NCBI GenBank assembly: GCA_016860685.1
Contig: BOJX01000003.1
Span: forward strand, 3,291 to 67,290
Length of the DNA stretch: 64,000 nucleotides
Direction of reading: 5' to 3'
Source: Planctomycetota bacterium
GTDB taxonomy: Bacteria > Planctomycetota > Phycisphaerae > UBA1845
Positions 55,560 to 64,000 of this stretch are shown here, in pieces. How positions within the stretch are numbered: position 1 is the stretch's first letter; each line of letters starts with the position of its first letter. The translations under genes and the position numbers were made by a program. The notes under the pieces are model-generated. The model did not search any database, had not been told where the DNA came from, and was given only the letters and a program-made list of their open reading frames with translations.

Positions 55560-56066
55560 ATAGGATTGAATTTCGTCATGACACAGATGCGAGCGCGGGG
55601 CGCCGATGGGCGGTTGTCTGCTTTACCGCCCGTGCGATTTCCGGCGGGCGCGCGACTGTTCCTCCCGGCCGCTCGGCGCCTCAACGGCGGAATGCTCGGG
55701 GCGTCGCCGAAGACGTCGCCCGAACCGCCAAGCTTACGCCAGGAAAACGTTTAACAGCGTCAGCCCCAGCAGCACCCCGACGATCAATGCAAACAAAGCT
55801 TCCATCGCGGTCCTTTCTCCGATCAGACGCTGCGCGGCGCGGCACCCTGCGGCCCGCCGCCTCCACCACGTGCATCAGGCTACCTCACAGGCAAACCCGG
55901 CACAAGCGTCGCAGGCCTCTCGCCGAACCGGTCGGCAACGTGGGTTTGCGGGTGTCGGTCAGGCCGGTCCAGCCCCATTCCCCACTGTTTATCGCACGAA
56001 TACTCGGGGTCATTCCCGAACACGGAAGATCGAACCCCGAGTGCATCCGGCGATGGGGGCAAGTCT

Positions 56067-57320
56067 TCATGCCCCTCCGCAGCATCGTTTGTACTTCTTC
56101 CCGCTGCCGCACGAGCACGGTTCGTTACGGCCGACTTTTCCGCCGGAAGTCACGGGCGCTAACGCGTCGTCCTCCTCCTTCGGATTGAACAGCAGCGACG
56201 CCGCGGAGTCCTTCACCGTCCGCGCCCCCATAAGGCGGGCCATCTCGTTCCGGCGACGCTCCCGGCGCAGCTCGTCATTCTCGCGCTGGCGGCGCCAGTC
56301 GTCGCTCTCGGGAATCGTCAGGCCCAACACGTCAGCGGCGACGAGAATCTCGTCTTCAAGGTCCACCATCATCCGGTCATACCCGTCCGCAACCTGCTTC
56401 CGGGCCAGTTCGACGCCACGCGGCGAAAACAGGCGGCAAAGGGCGTGGCAGAGCATCGTCCGGATCGTAAGATCCGGCTCACCTTCAAGCAGCGCGATCC
56501 CCGCATCCTCCGACTCCGGCAGGCGCAGCCCCTCGAGCACCTCCGCCGCCATCATGCGGAAACCGAACCCGCCCGACGGATAGTCCTCACGGATCAGCCG
56601 GACGGCGTCCACGTCGCCGATCCGCACCAGCGCATCGCGGACGCGCTGCGGCATCCAGTCGTCGTCCGCGCCCAGGCGGCGCACCAGCTCGGGGACGGCC
56701 TTTCGCATCTTGCACGCACCGGCCAGGTCGACCAGAACCAACTCCAGAAACGAGTTCTCGACGTCCGGATCCGCAAGCCGCTCGCACACCGCCTCCGCGC
56801 CGGGAAAATCATGCCGGCCCAGCGCCTCGACCAACCCATCGACATAAGTCCAGTCCAGCTTCCACGGCTCCCGGGCGTTCTCCGCGCGCCGCGCGAAGGC
56901 GACCAGCGCATCCCAGAGTTCCGCCGCGGACAACCCGGCCGCTTCGATGCGGTGGGACATTGTCTTCGCCTGCTGCGGACTGAGCAGCCCCTCGCGGCGC
57001 AGCCGATCGCCGCCATCCCGAAGCAATTCGACCGGCGCCTTCACCAGCAGGTCGCCGGCGCATTGCCCCAGGGTTCCCGGCCCCAGCGCTGCACGGGCCG
57101 CCACGACGTCCTCGAAGACCGGCGAATCCAGCGGAAACCGATCCCAGGCGTGCAGCGCCGTGTCGTTCGCCGCAAACCCGAACCGCCGGCACGCCGCCAG
57201 AATCGTCGGCACCAGCTCCGCGTCCCGCGCCCACGCGTCACGCAGACACCGGACCACCGTGTCCCGCACGTACCCGTCCGAATGAAGGAGCAACGGCTTG
57301 AGCGCTTCCACCGTCAGCAT
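56067..57320 (-). CDS. HEAT-like repeat protein with C-terminal SEC-C motif
   Basis: [21 protein letters not shown]. Start [10 protein letters not shown]. Confidence 0.8.
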   Translation of the reverse strand: MLTVEALKPLLLHSDGYVRDTVVRCLRDAWARDAELVPTILAACRRFGFAANDTALHAWDRFPLDSPVFEDVVAARAALGPGTLGQCAGDLLVKAPVELLRDGGDRLRREGLLSPQQAKTMSHRIEAAGLSAAELWDALVAFARRAENAREPWKLDWTYVDGLVEALGRHDFPGAEAVCERLADPDVENSFLELVLVDLAGACKMRKAVPELVRRLGADDDWMPQRVRDALVRIGDVDAVRLIREDYPSGGFGFRMMAAEVLEGLRLPESEDAGIALLEGEPDLTIRTMLCHALCRLFSPRGVELARKQVADGYDRMMVDLEDEILVAADVLGLTIPESDDWRRQRENDELRRERRRNEMARLMGARTVKDSAASLLFNPKEEDDALAPVTSGGKVGRNEPCSCGSGKKYKRCCGGA

Positions 57321-57402
57321 AAAAGACGATCTCCGGACCACGCCGGTGTCGCAGCGATCAGCACGGAGGCCCTGAGATCCACGCGAGACCTCGACGCGCG
57401 AG

Positions 57403-58963
57403 TTACTCGCGGCATCGCGCCGTGCGATCAAACTCCGGGCAATCAGGCTCGACCAGCGAAACCGGAACCCGGCCCGAGTCACCGGAGTCGCTGCGCACCT
57501 TGGCACGATCGCCGCGGACGCGCGTCGCGTGCTCCGTCTCGCCGATCCGGATCCGCACGCGCTGCCCGTCAAACAACGCGTTGACGAGCCGCAGCTTCAC
57601 CTTGACTTCGCCGGATTTGCACCGCGCCTTAAGCGACGCGACGTCCGCACACCCGACCTCGCATCCGCCAACGCGGACCGGCGACAGACGCACGCGCCGG
57701 TCCGCCTCCAACGCCAGCTCGACCGGCGAACCGTCGCTCGACGCCACGACCCACGACGTGACGCCTACCGGATCAAACGGCGGCGTGGCCTCGTCGCCGT
57801 CCACGTCCGTGAACGCGGCGGTTACGCCCCAGTCTCCCGCCAGCCCGCTGATCCCGAATCCGTCGGTATTGCAGCCTTGCCAACCGTTCTGCGCCGTGAA
57901 TTCGCGGCGATCCTCGGCGAAGAAGTACTGCTCGGCTTCACTCTCCTGGCCGTGCGGTCCGTCCTGGATCGTGTTCTCCAAATCTTGACGGTTGCCCGTG
58001 AACGTCAGCCTCATCTGTGCGGTTCCATCCACCGCTTCGCCGCTACAGCTGCAATTGCCCGGCACGGTTGTGAACGACCAACGCCGTCATTCCCTCCCGG
58101 GCATCCAGAAACGCAAGCGTGGTTCGCGTCTTCTGCAGGTCCAGCATCTCCTGAAATTCTCCGTAGGAGACGGGATTCGAGGTCATCCCGTAGGAATACA
58201 GGTGGCAGACGCTCGGCGTCGGCGGCGGCGGCGAACGCCAGGGGCGGACGACTCCGAGCACATTTGCATCAAAATCCCCTGCGCCGGGCGCCGACTCCTG
58301 CGCGACTTGAATGAAGAATTCAACCGGCTGCGGCTGCGGGTCGCGGAACACGGACAATGCCCCGAGCGAGAATCCCAGCGACCCTCGGGACGACGTTAAC
58401 TCCACGCGCGTAAACGGCTCATGATCGTCCGCCCACTCCGTGAACCGTCCGCTGCGCCCCGTGCAGTCCTTGTGCGACTGCACCGACTGCTCCGGATCGC
58501 CGTAGTAGGCCCGTACCTGGGGCAGTACACCCCCTTCCGGGATATTAACCCAGAACCGAAACCCGCGCGCCGGCGGATCGAACGTGATCCGAATCGGGCG
58601 AAACGCGAAAACGTCGCCCCCCTTCCCCACGGGATCCGTCAGCCCGTGCGCTACAACGCCTTCCTCGCACGTCATCAACTCCTTGATCGGCGTGTCGTCC
58701 CCGTCCGGGCCGGTGAACGCAACCGCCGGCGAACCTTCCGCCACCGCGATCGGCGCGCCAGGACCGTCCGCCAACGAGAAATACACTCCGAAGGCCGCGT
58801 ACCGGTCCGTGATCGAGTCCCCTTCGGTCAGTTCCTGAAAGTTGATCCGGGTGTATTCCGGAACCTGCGCGGCGATCGGACAGGCCGCCCCTGCGCAGAC
58901 CAGAACAAGCATCAGAGCCCGAACGCGCACGCTTCGGGAAAGGAGATTCTCGGGACGGCTCAT
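57403..58963 (-). pseudogene. Secreted protein split by a single frameshift near 58066
   Basis: The signal-peptide ORF ...ALVVHN continues as VPGNCSCSGE... if one C is removed (CAC AAC C GTG CCG). Confidence 0.6.
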
Positions 58964-59119
58964 GCAACGACTCCCGCTAAGAGACAAAGGGAATCATGTC
59001 GCTGGCGTCCCGGTCAGAACTGACCCGCCGGTCTCGCCGCGCAAGCAAACGCTCGTCGAAAGTATATTGAGTTGTTCGGACGCTTCAAGAAAAAAATCGC
59101 ACCGCGGATCGGCCCCTCG

Positions 59120-59455
59120 TCAGCGCTGCCGCTGCGGGTCTGGAAAAGTGCGGTACAGCGCCGAGCGGAAGTCTGTGACGCGGGCGTAGACGTTGGCGTG
59201 CAGCTTCTCGATGTCTCCGCCGCGCCGCGCGATGACCTCGAACGCCTGCTCAAGCTGCGCCAGATCGCGGCACGCCAGCGACATATTGAACTCGCCCAGC
59301 TCCGCCGGTCCGAACCCGAGCTTCCGCCGGGTCAGGCGGTAGTCCTCGATCAGCCCGCGCCGCTTCAACTCGCCGAGGTAGGCATGCACCGCGTCGGCGA
59401 ACTCGATGTCCTTGTGCGTATCCTTGAGATTGCACCAGATTTCATAGTAGTTCAC
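59120..59455 (-). CDS. DUF6614-like small protein
   Basis: GTG start. NYYEIWCNLK...YRLTRRKLGFGP..LGEF...ALYRTFPD. Confidence 0.7.
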   Translation of the reverse strand: MNYYEIWCNLKDTHKDIEFADAVHAYLGELKRRGLIEDYRLTRRKLGFGPAELGEFNMSLACRDLAQLEQAFEVIARRGGDIEKLHANVYARVTDFRSALYRTFPDPQRQR

Positions 59456-59571
59456 GTGGGCCTCGCAGACCGCGGATTTCAAGCCCGCGCAAAACCACAG
59501 CCGGGAAACCCTTGCACGGAATGCAACAACGGGGGAACCCAGGACGAACGATGCGCGGACGCCGCCACGCT

Positions 59572-61188
59572 TCACGGAGAGATCATCACCGTCTGCACCG
59601 CGATGTCCACCACCGGCGGACTGCCATCGAACACCAGCGGATCGCCCGCGCGGCGCCCGCCCTGCACCGGCGGCGGGAACACCCAGACCGTCCGCAGACG
59701 CTCGCAGTCGTCGAGAACCCGGTTCGGCTGAACCTGGCATTCCGTCCGGTCAGGGTTCCCGCAGGGATCGCAATCCGGGTCGTTCGGATCGCACACGCCG
59801 TCCAGCGTACCGAAGTCCACATCCTCCCGGAAGACTTCGCGGTCCAGCGTCAGGTACGCCGTGCGGTCGTCGTCGGTGAGACGGGCTTTCTCGACCCGGT
59901 AGATATTCCCCGAAAGCTCGTCGATGAACACCGCCCCGCGATCGAACAACCCCGTCACCCATGCCGGCTGGTTCCGGTCGATTTCCGCGTCCTTGTGATT
60001 CACGGTGATCTCGGTGGCGACGCCCGTCGGGCAGTCATCCGGATCGGACGTCGCCTCGCACCCGCTGCGAAGCTTCAGGTCGTCCGGGAAGAGCACCTGC
60101 ACGCGCCAGGGCGTCGGCAGCATCACGTCCTGGTCCGACGCCAGCGCCGCCACGCGCGTCGCCCCGTCCTCGTAAGCTTTCCGCGGGTCCGGGTTCGGCA
60201 CGGCGTCCGGATCCTGTCGGGCATAGCGCGCCGTCGGCTTCGGACGGCGGAGCGTGACGTAGTACATCGCTACGACGCGCGAGTCGCTGATCGTGTCCAG
60301 ATCGAGGTAGCGGTCGCCGTCGTTGTCGAGGCAGCTTCCGGCGTTGGCCGTGCAGACGTACTCGTCGTCGAACCGGTACAGCGCCGCCCAGGCGTAGCGC
60401 CGCGCCGAGTACGCATCGTCCCAGCGCCGGTTGTCCGCCGAAAGATCGGTGAAGTCGTCGGTCGGCCGGCTCGGCAGCGGCGGATACACCCGGTCCTGCA
60501 CGGCGATCACGGGCTTCAGCACGTTCGGCAAACGCGAAAAATCCACCGTGTTGTTCGACGCGCGATACGGGCAGTTGCACGACGACGGGATGTTGAATGT
60601 CCCGCCGCCCCGGAGCAACTCGCCGACGCGCGTCTGCTCCAGCATCCACGCATCGTCGCCCACGAACGCCCGGTTCTCAAAGAGCACGTTGCCGAGGTTC
60701 AGCACGTGAACGCGGCCGATCGGAACCCCGGGGTCGCCTTTGAACTCGATCGAACCCGCCTCGACCGAAAGCTGGCCCTGGTCGCTGCAATCCGTGCAGT
60801 CGCAGAACTGGATCTGGTCCCCCGGCAGCACCGCGACGTCCGTCGTCTCCCCGTCCACCTTCAGCAGCGTCCGCACAGCCAGGTCCGCCGCTTGCCGGCA
60901 GGAGAACTGCGTCGTGTTCTCCGCCAGCCGCCGCGCCGACAGCCACGACACCGGGAACAGGCTCGCCACCATCAGGAGGCCCAGCCCGAGGATCACGACC
61001 GCGATCATCATCTCCGCCAGCGAGATGCCGCGCCGACGCCCGCCGACCCCCGAAATCGCCGCACGCGGGAGGTGCATCGCAGCAAGTGCGCCGCGCGCCG
61101 AAAGCACGCCGCACACCGCACGCATCGAAGCCCGCCGCCCCGCGACAAGCCGCGCCACACCCGGATTCTCTGCCTGCCTCTGCGTCAT
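59572..61188 (-). CDS. Prepilin-type protein (GspI/PilV-like)
   Basis: RRG|ISLAEMMIAVVILGLGLLMVASLFPV. Start uncertain. Confidence 0.8.
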   Translation of the reverse strand: MTQRQAENPGVARLVAGRRASMRAVCGVLSARGALAAMHLPRAAISGVGGRRRGISLAEMMIAVVILGLGLLMVASLFPVSWLSARRLAENTTQFSCRQAADLAVRTLLKVDGETTDVAVLPGDQIQFCDCTDCSDQGQLSVEAGSIEFKGDPGVPIGRVHVLNLGNVLFENRAFVGDDAWMLEQTRVGELLRGGGTFNIPSSCNCPYRASNNTVDFSRLPNVLKPVIAVQDRVYPPLPSRPTDDFTDLSADNRRWDDAYSARRYAWAALYRFDDEYVCTANAGSCLDNDGDRYLDLDTISDSRVVAMYYVTLRRPKPTARYARQDPDAVPNPDPRKAYEDGATRVAALASDQDVMLPTPWRVQVLFPDDLKLRSGCEATSDPDDCPTGVATEITVNHKDAEIDRNQPAWVTGLFDRGAVFIDELSGNIYRVEKARLTDDDRTAYLTLDREVFREDVDFGTLDGVCDPNDPDCDPCGNPDRTECQVQPNRVLDDCERLRTVWVFPPPVQGGRRAGDPLVFDGSPPVVDIAVQTVMISP

Positions 61189-61233
61189 CTGCGGATCACT
61201 TCCTGCGTCTTGCTCCCCCGCGACGCAACGCCG

Positions 61234-62295
61234 TCACTGCGCCTCGCTGCCGATCGGCCCGCGGATCACGTCCCCCGTCGTCGCGCTGACGTAATACGGA
61301 CGCGCCGTCTCCCGCAGGTATTGCCGGTGCGTCCCGGGCGTCGCCTGCTGGAACTGCTCGTCGTCGTACACGATCACCCCGCGCACCGACGGGAAGTTCA
61401 CCGCCACGTCCTCGCCCCGCATCCGCACGGTCAGCATGTGCGCCAGGTTCGCCAGACGGTTCGACGGATCCAGTTCCCGCGGCATCTCCTTCAGCACCGG
61501 GTCATACGAACCCGCCGCGTACTTCGTCACCATCGGCATCGCCCGCACGCCCGTCAGATCGCCCCGTTGATATCCCGCCGACCCCGCCAGGTCCGTCTCG
61601 CCGTCCTCGTCGTACACCAGCACGTCGCGCCCGATGAGCTGCTGCCCCAGCGGCGAGAACACCACCGCGAAGTAGTTGCGATGCCGCTGCGGCTCGAACT
61701 CCTCCTGTCCGGTCAGACCGACCGGGGCGTCGAAATCGTTGTTCACCAGCTCCGCGTCGCTGAAACGCTCGAAGGAGAGCTGCCGGTCGCGGCGCGCGTT
61801 CCGCGCCGGATCGAGCAGCGCCGCGCTCGGCGCCGCCCGGATCGGCTTGGGTATCGTGAACTGCACGCCCGGCACGATCTCGAACCGGCTCGACGAGATC
61901 AGGTCCACCCGCACCGACGGATCCAGCGGATCGACCGTCGTGTACTTCGGATTGCCGCCCTCGTCATACCGCGCCGACAGCGGCTCATCCGCCCGCTGGA
62001 TCAGCACGACGTGCTGCACGCCCGCTCCGTCGAGGTAGAACAGCAGCCCCGCCTCGGTCGTCCCCAGCGCCCGCTGCCGCGCGTTCATCAGCGCCCCGCG
62101 CAGAATCGTCTCCGCCTCGGAGATCTTCCGCTGCTCCCACATCTGGTTGATCGCCGGAACCGCCGCCAGCGCCAGCAGCACAACGATCCCGATCACCACC
62201 AGCAGCTCGGTCAGCGTGAACGCGCTGCGCCGCGCGGGTTTCATCTCACGGGTTGTCCACATCCGTCGTTTCATAACAAATGCCGCAAGCGACAA
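61234..62295 (-). CDS. Prepilin-type protein (GspH/FimT-like)
   Basis: RSA|FTLTELLVVIGIVVLLALAAVP...ALMNARQRA. Start uncertain. Confidence 0.85.
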   Translation of the reverse strand: MSLAAFVMKRRMWTTREMKPARRSAFTLTELLVVIGIVVLLALAAVPAINQMWEQRKISEAETILRGALMNARQRALGTTEAGLLFYLDGAGVQHVVLIQRADEPLSARYDEGGNPKYTTVDPLDPSVRVDLISSSRFEIVPGVQFTIPKPIRAAPSAALLDPARNARRDRQLSFERFSDAELVNNDFDAPVGLTGQEEFEPQRHRNYFAVVFSPLGQQLIGRDVLVYDEDGETDLAGSAGYQRGDLTGVRAMPMVTKYAAGSYDPVLKEMPRELDPSNRLANLAHMLTVRMRGEDVAVNFPSVRGVIVYDDEQFQQATPGTHRQYLRETARPYYVSATTGDVIRGPIGSEAQ

Positions 62296-62334
62296 ACCCC
62301 CGGCTGCCCACCCGAGCCCCCGAGTCCCCGATCC

Positions 62335-63345
62335 TCACTTCCCCCCCGCCAGCTTCTCCGCCAGCGCCGGGTTCGCGTATACGTTGTCCGCGTTCAGGGG
62401 GTTGTCGATCCGGTTCGGCGCCGATCCGTCCAGTCCCAGAAGATCCGTCGCGATATTCGCCGCCGTCGACCCGGTCTGGTTCTCCGGCGTCCGCTGGTCC
62501 TTGCCGTCCGGTCCCCACGACATCAGCACCGGCGCCCCGCCGTTCATCTTGACCAGCCGCGTCGAAACCTCGTTCCAGCTCCAGTCCTGCTGCCGGTTGC
62601 TCGACGGCGTCGCCCCGGCGCGGAAGTCCCGCTGCGCGAAGTAGCTCACCGGAACCTGCCAGTCATCGACCAGCCAGCGCAGCCCCTCATCGTCCTTCGG
62701 GTTGTATTTACCGTCGCCGTTACGGTCGAGGTACTGCACCGGGTCGCCCGCGGCGTCCACCGGCACGGCCACGAGGTGCTTCTCCGATACCCGCGAAAGA
62801 ATCTGCGCCGCCGACTCGCTGTGCAGTTCGATCGCCAGCAGCATCGCCGCGATGTCCCGGTTCTCATATTGCGGCGCCGCACCCCCGAGGATGAACGTCA
62901 TATCCTGAAACTCACCGGAATCCGGAACGACGACCCCGCCGCCCGGCGCGAGACTGCGGCCCTGCGTCGCGCCCGGAATCCCGCTGCCGTAAACCTCCAG
63001 CTCATCGGCCGGGTACTTGCCGTAGCGGGAGACGTACGTGACCTGCCCCGCTCCCCCCGGTTGCTTCACCGCCGCCAGAGGCGCGTCCGCCGCGAACTGC
63101 TCCAGCGCCTCCGCCACGATCCGCAGCATCCCCTCGGTGTTCTTCGACTGCCCCTTGCGCACCGCCCACCCGCCCAGCGTCACCACGCTCACCAGCAGGA
63201 TGACGATGATCGCCACCACCACGAGGATCTCGACCAGCGTGAACGCCCCGCGACGGAATAATCCGGCGGACGAGGCGCGGCGCACGCAAAGCCGCATCGA
63301 CCTGTCAGACGCTGTGATCCTCATTCGTAATTCGATATTCGACAT
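62335..63345 (-). CDS. Prepilin-type protein (GspG-like)
   Basis: GA|FTLVEILVVVAIIVILL, VDDWQVPVSY, LMSWGPDG. Start uncertain. Confidence 0.85.
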   Translation of the reverse strand: MSNIELRMRITASDRSMRLCVRRASSAGLFRRGAFTLVEILVVVAIIVILLVSVVTLGGWAVRKGQSKNTEGMLRIVAEALEQFAADAPLAAVKQPGGAGQVTYVSRYGKYPADELEVYGSGIPGATQGRSLAPGGGVVVPDSGEFQDMTFILGGAAPQYENRDIAAMLLAIELHSESAAQILSRVSEKHLVAVPVDAAGDPVQYLDRNGDGKYNPKDDEGLRWLVDDWQVPVSYFAQRDFRAGATPSSNRQQDWSWNEVSTRLVKMNGGAPVLMSWGPDGKDQRTPENQTGSTAANIATDLLGLDGSAPNRIDNPLNADNVYANPALAEKLAGGK

Positions 63346-63359
63346 TCGACCTTCTTGCG

Positions 63360-64000
63360 CTACTCCTGCCGCTGCCAGTTCACGATGTCGTCGCCCGTCC
63401 CGTAAACCAGGTCCGGCCCCGCGCTGATCAGCAGGTAGCTGTCCTTCCGCACCGGCTCATTCCGCGCCGTGATCGACTTGTCCCAGATGAACCGCGCGAA
63501 CGTGTTGTCGAAATCCGATCTCGTCAGATCGCCGTTGTTTCCCCGCGGCACCGCCTCCACGTACCCCGGCTTGCCGATGCGATGCACCAGGTCCGGATCG
63601 TCCGCCAGCGGACCCGCGCCGAAGTCGATCCCCACCGAGTTGTACGTCGTGTTCAGCGCCCCCTCCGTCCCCGTGATCAGGCCGTTATCCTCCTGGTTGT
63701 AGATCCCGCCCCAAGGCGTCCCGCCTATGTCCAGACCGCACATCGACTTCGCCGACGGCGTCGCCCGGTAGTAGAGAATCGGGAGATTCCACGCATCCGT
63801 GAAAAACGGCAACCGCCTGCTCTCCGGCGTGTCCAGCAGCGAACCGCCCGGCAACTGCCCCGCAGGGATCGTCCCATCGGTGATCAGATTGTCGATCGTC
63901 TTCAGCCGCTCCCGCGCCGACTCATCCACGTAACCGCTGCCCCCGCCGTAGCGCGTCCACTTCGCCTGACCCGTCGCACGGTCCAGACCGTAAAGACCCG
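63360..64000 (-). CDS. GspG-like pseudopilin, C-terminal part (start beyond the window)
   Basis: DAWNLPILYYRA, YLLISAGPDLVYGTGDDI. Confidence 0.8.
   Translation of the reverse strand, partial: GLYGLDRATGQAKWTRYGGGSGYVDESARERLKTIDNLITDGTIPAGQLPGGSLLDTPESRRLPFFTDAWNLPILYYRATPSAKSMCGLDIGGTPWGGIYNQEDNGLITGTEGALNTTYNSVGIDFGAGPLADDPDLVHRIGKPGYVEAVPRGNNGDLTRSDFDNTFARFIWDKSITARNEPVRKDSYLLISAGPDLVYGTGDDIVNWQRQE

Noticed and set aside
55560-56066. ORFs overlapping the tRNA upstream region
   Set aside because: Promoter/intergenic DNA with no protein-like composition.
59512-63261. 1249-aa plus-strand ORF
   Set aside because: Arg/His/Pro-rich antisense shadow of the minus-strand pseudopilin genes, a high-GC artefact.

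Overview
High-GC bacterial DNA, probably Planctomycetota/Phycisphaerae (inferred from gene content). About 1-55500 is an integrative, mobilisable element inserted at the 3' end of a tRNA-Pro(GGG) gene (55484-55559, minus) by a large serine recombinase; its other end was not found in the window. From left to right it carries: (i) a 16.5 kb defence block bounded by an exact 59-bp hairpin-containing direct repeat, holding a complete type III CBASS (CD-NTase, HORMA, TRIP13-like ATPase, NucC), a divergent DUF6932-like NTase + XRE-HTH pair, and a SNF2 helicase / nuclease-like / DUF1156 methylase / HEPN-DUF499 restriction-like operon; (ii) ArdC, a PEP-CTERM gene, two beta-propeller genes and a giant methylase-helicase; (iii) RepL-like replication and ParA partition genes and leading-region-type genes; (iv) a MOBF relaxase and a cargo region (three pilin-like genes, secreted Cys-rich microproteins, a minimal VPEI-CTERM peptide, an odd sigma factor) in which about 10 promoters share an OmpR/PhoB-type 11-bp-period box, most of them 10 bp upstream of a -10-like hexamer; (v) a resolvase, ParB, a VirD4-like coupling protein, three unannotated paralogous ~50-aa membrane peptides, a J-domain protein and the integrase. 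Right of the tRNA is host chromosome: a SEC-C protein, a frameshifted secreted protein, a DUF6614-like gene and a pseudopilin operon. All family calls come from recognising motifs by eye; no database searches were run.
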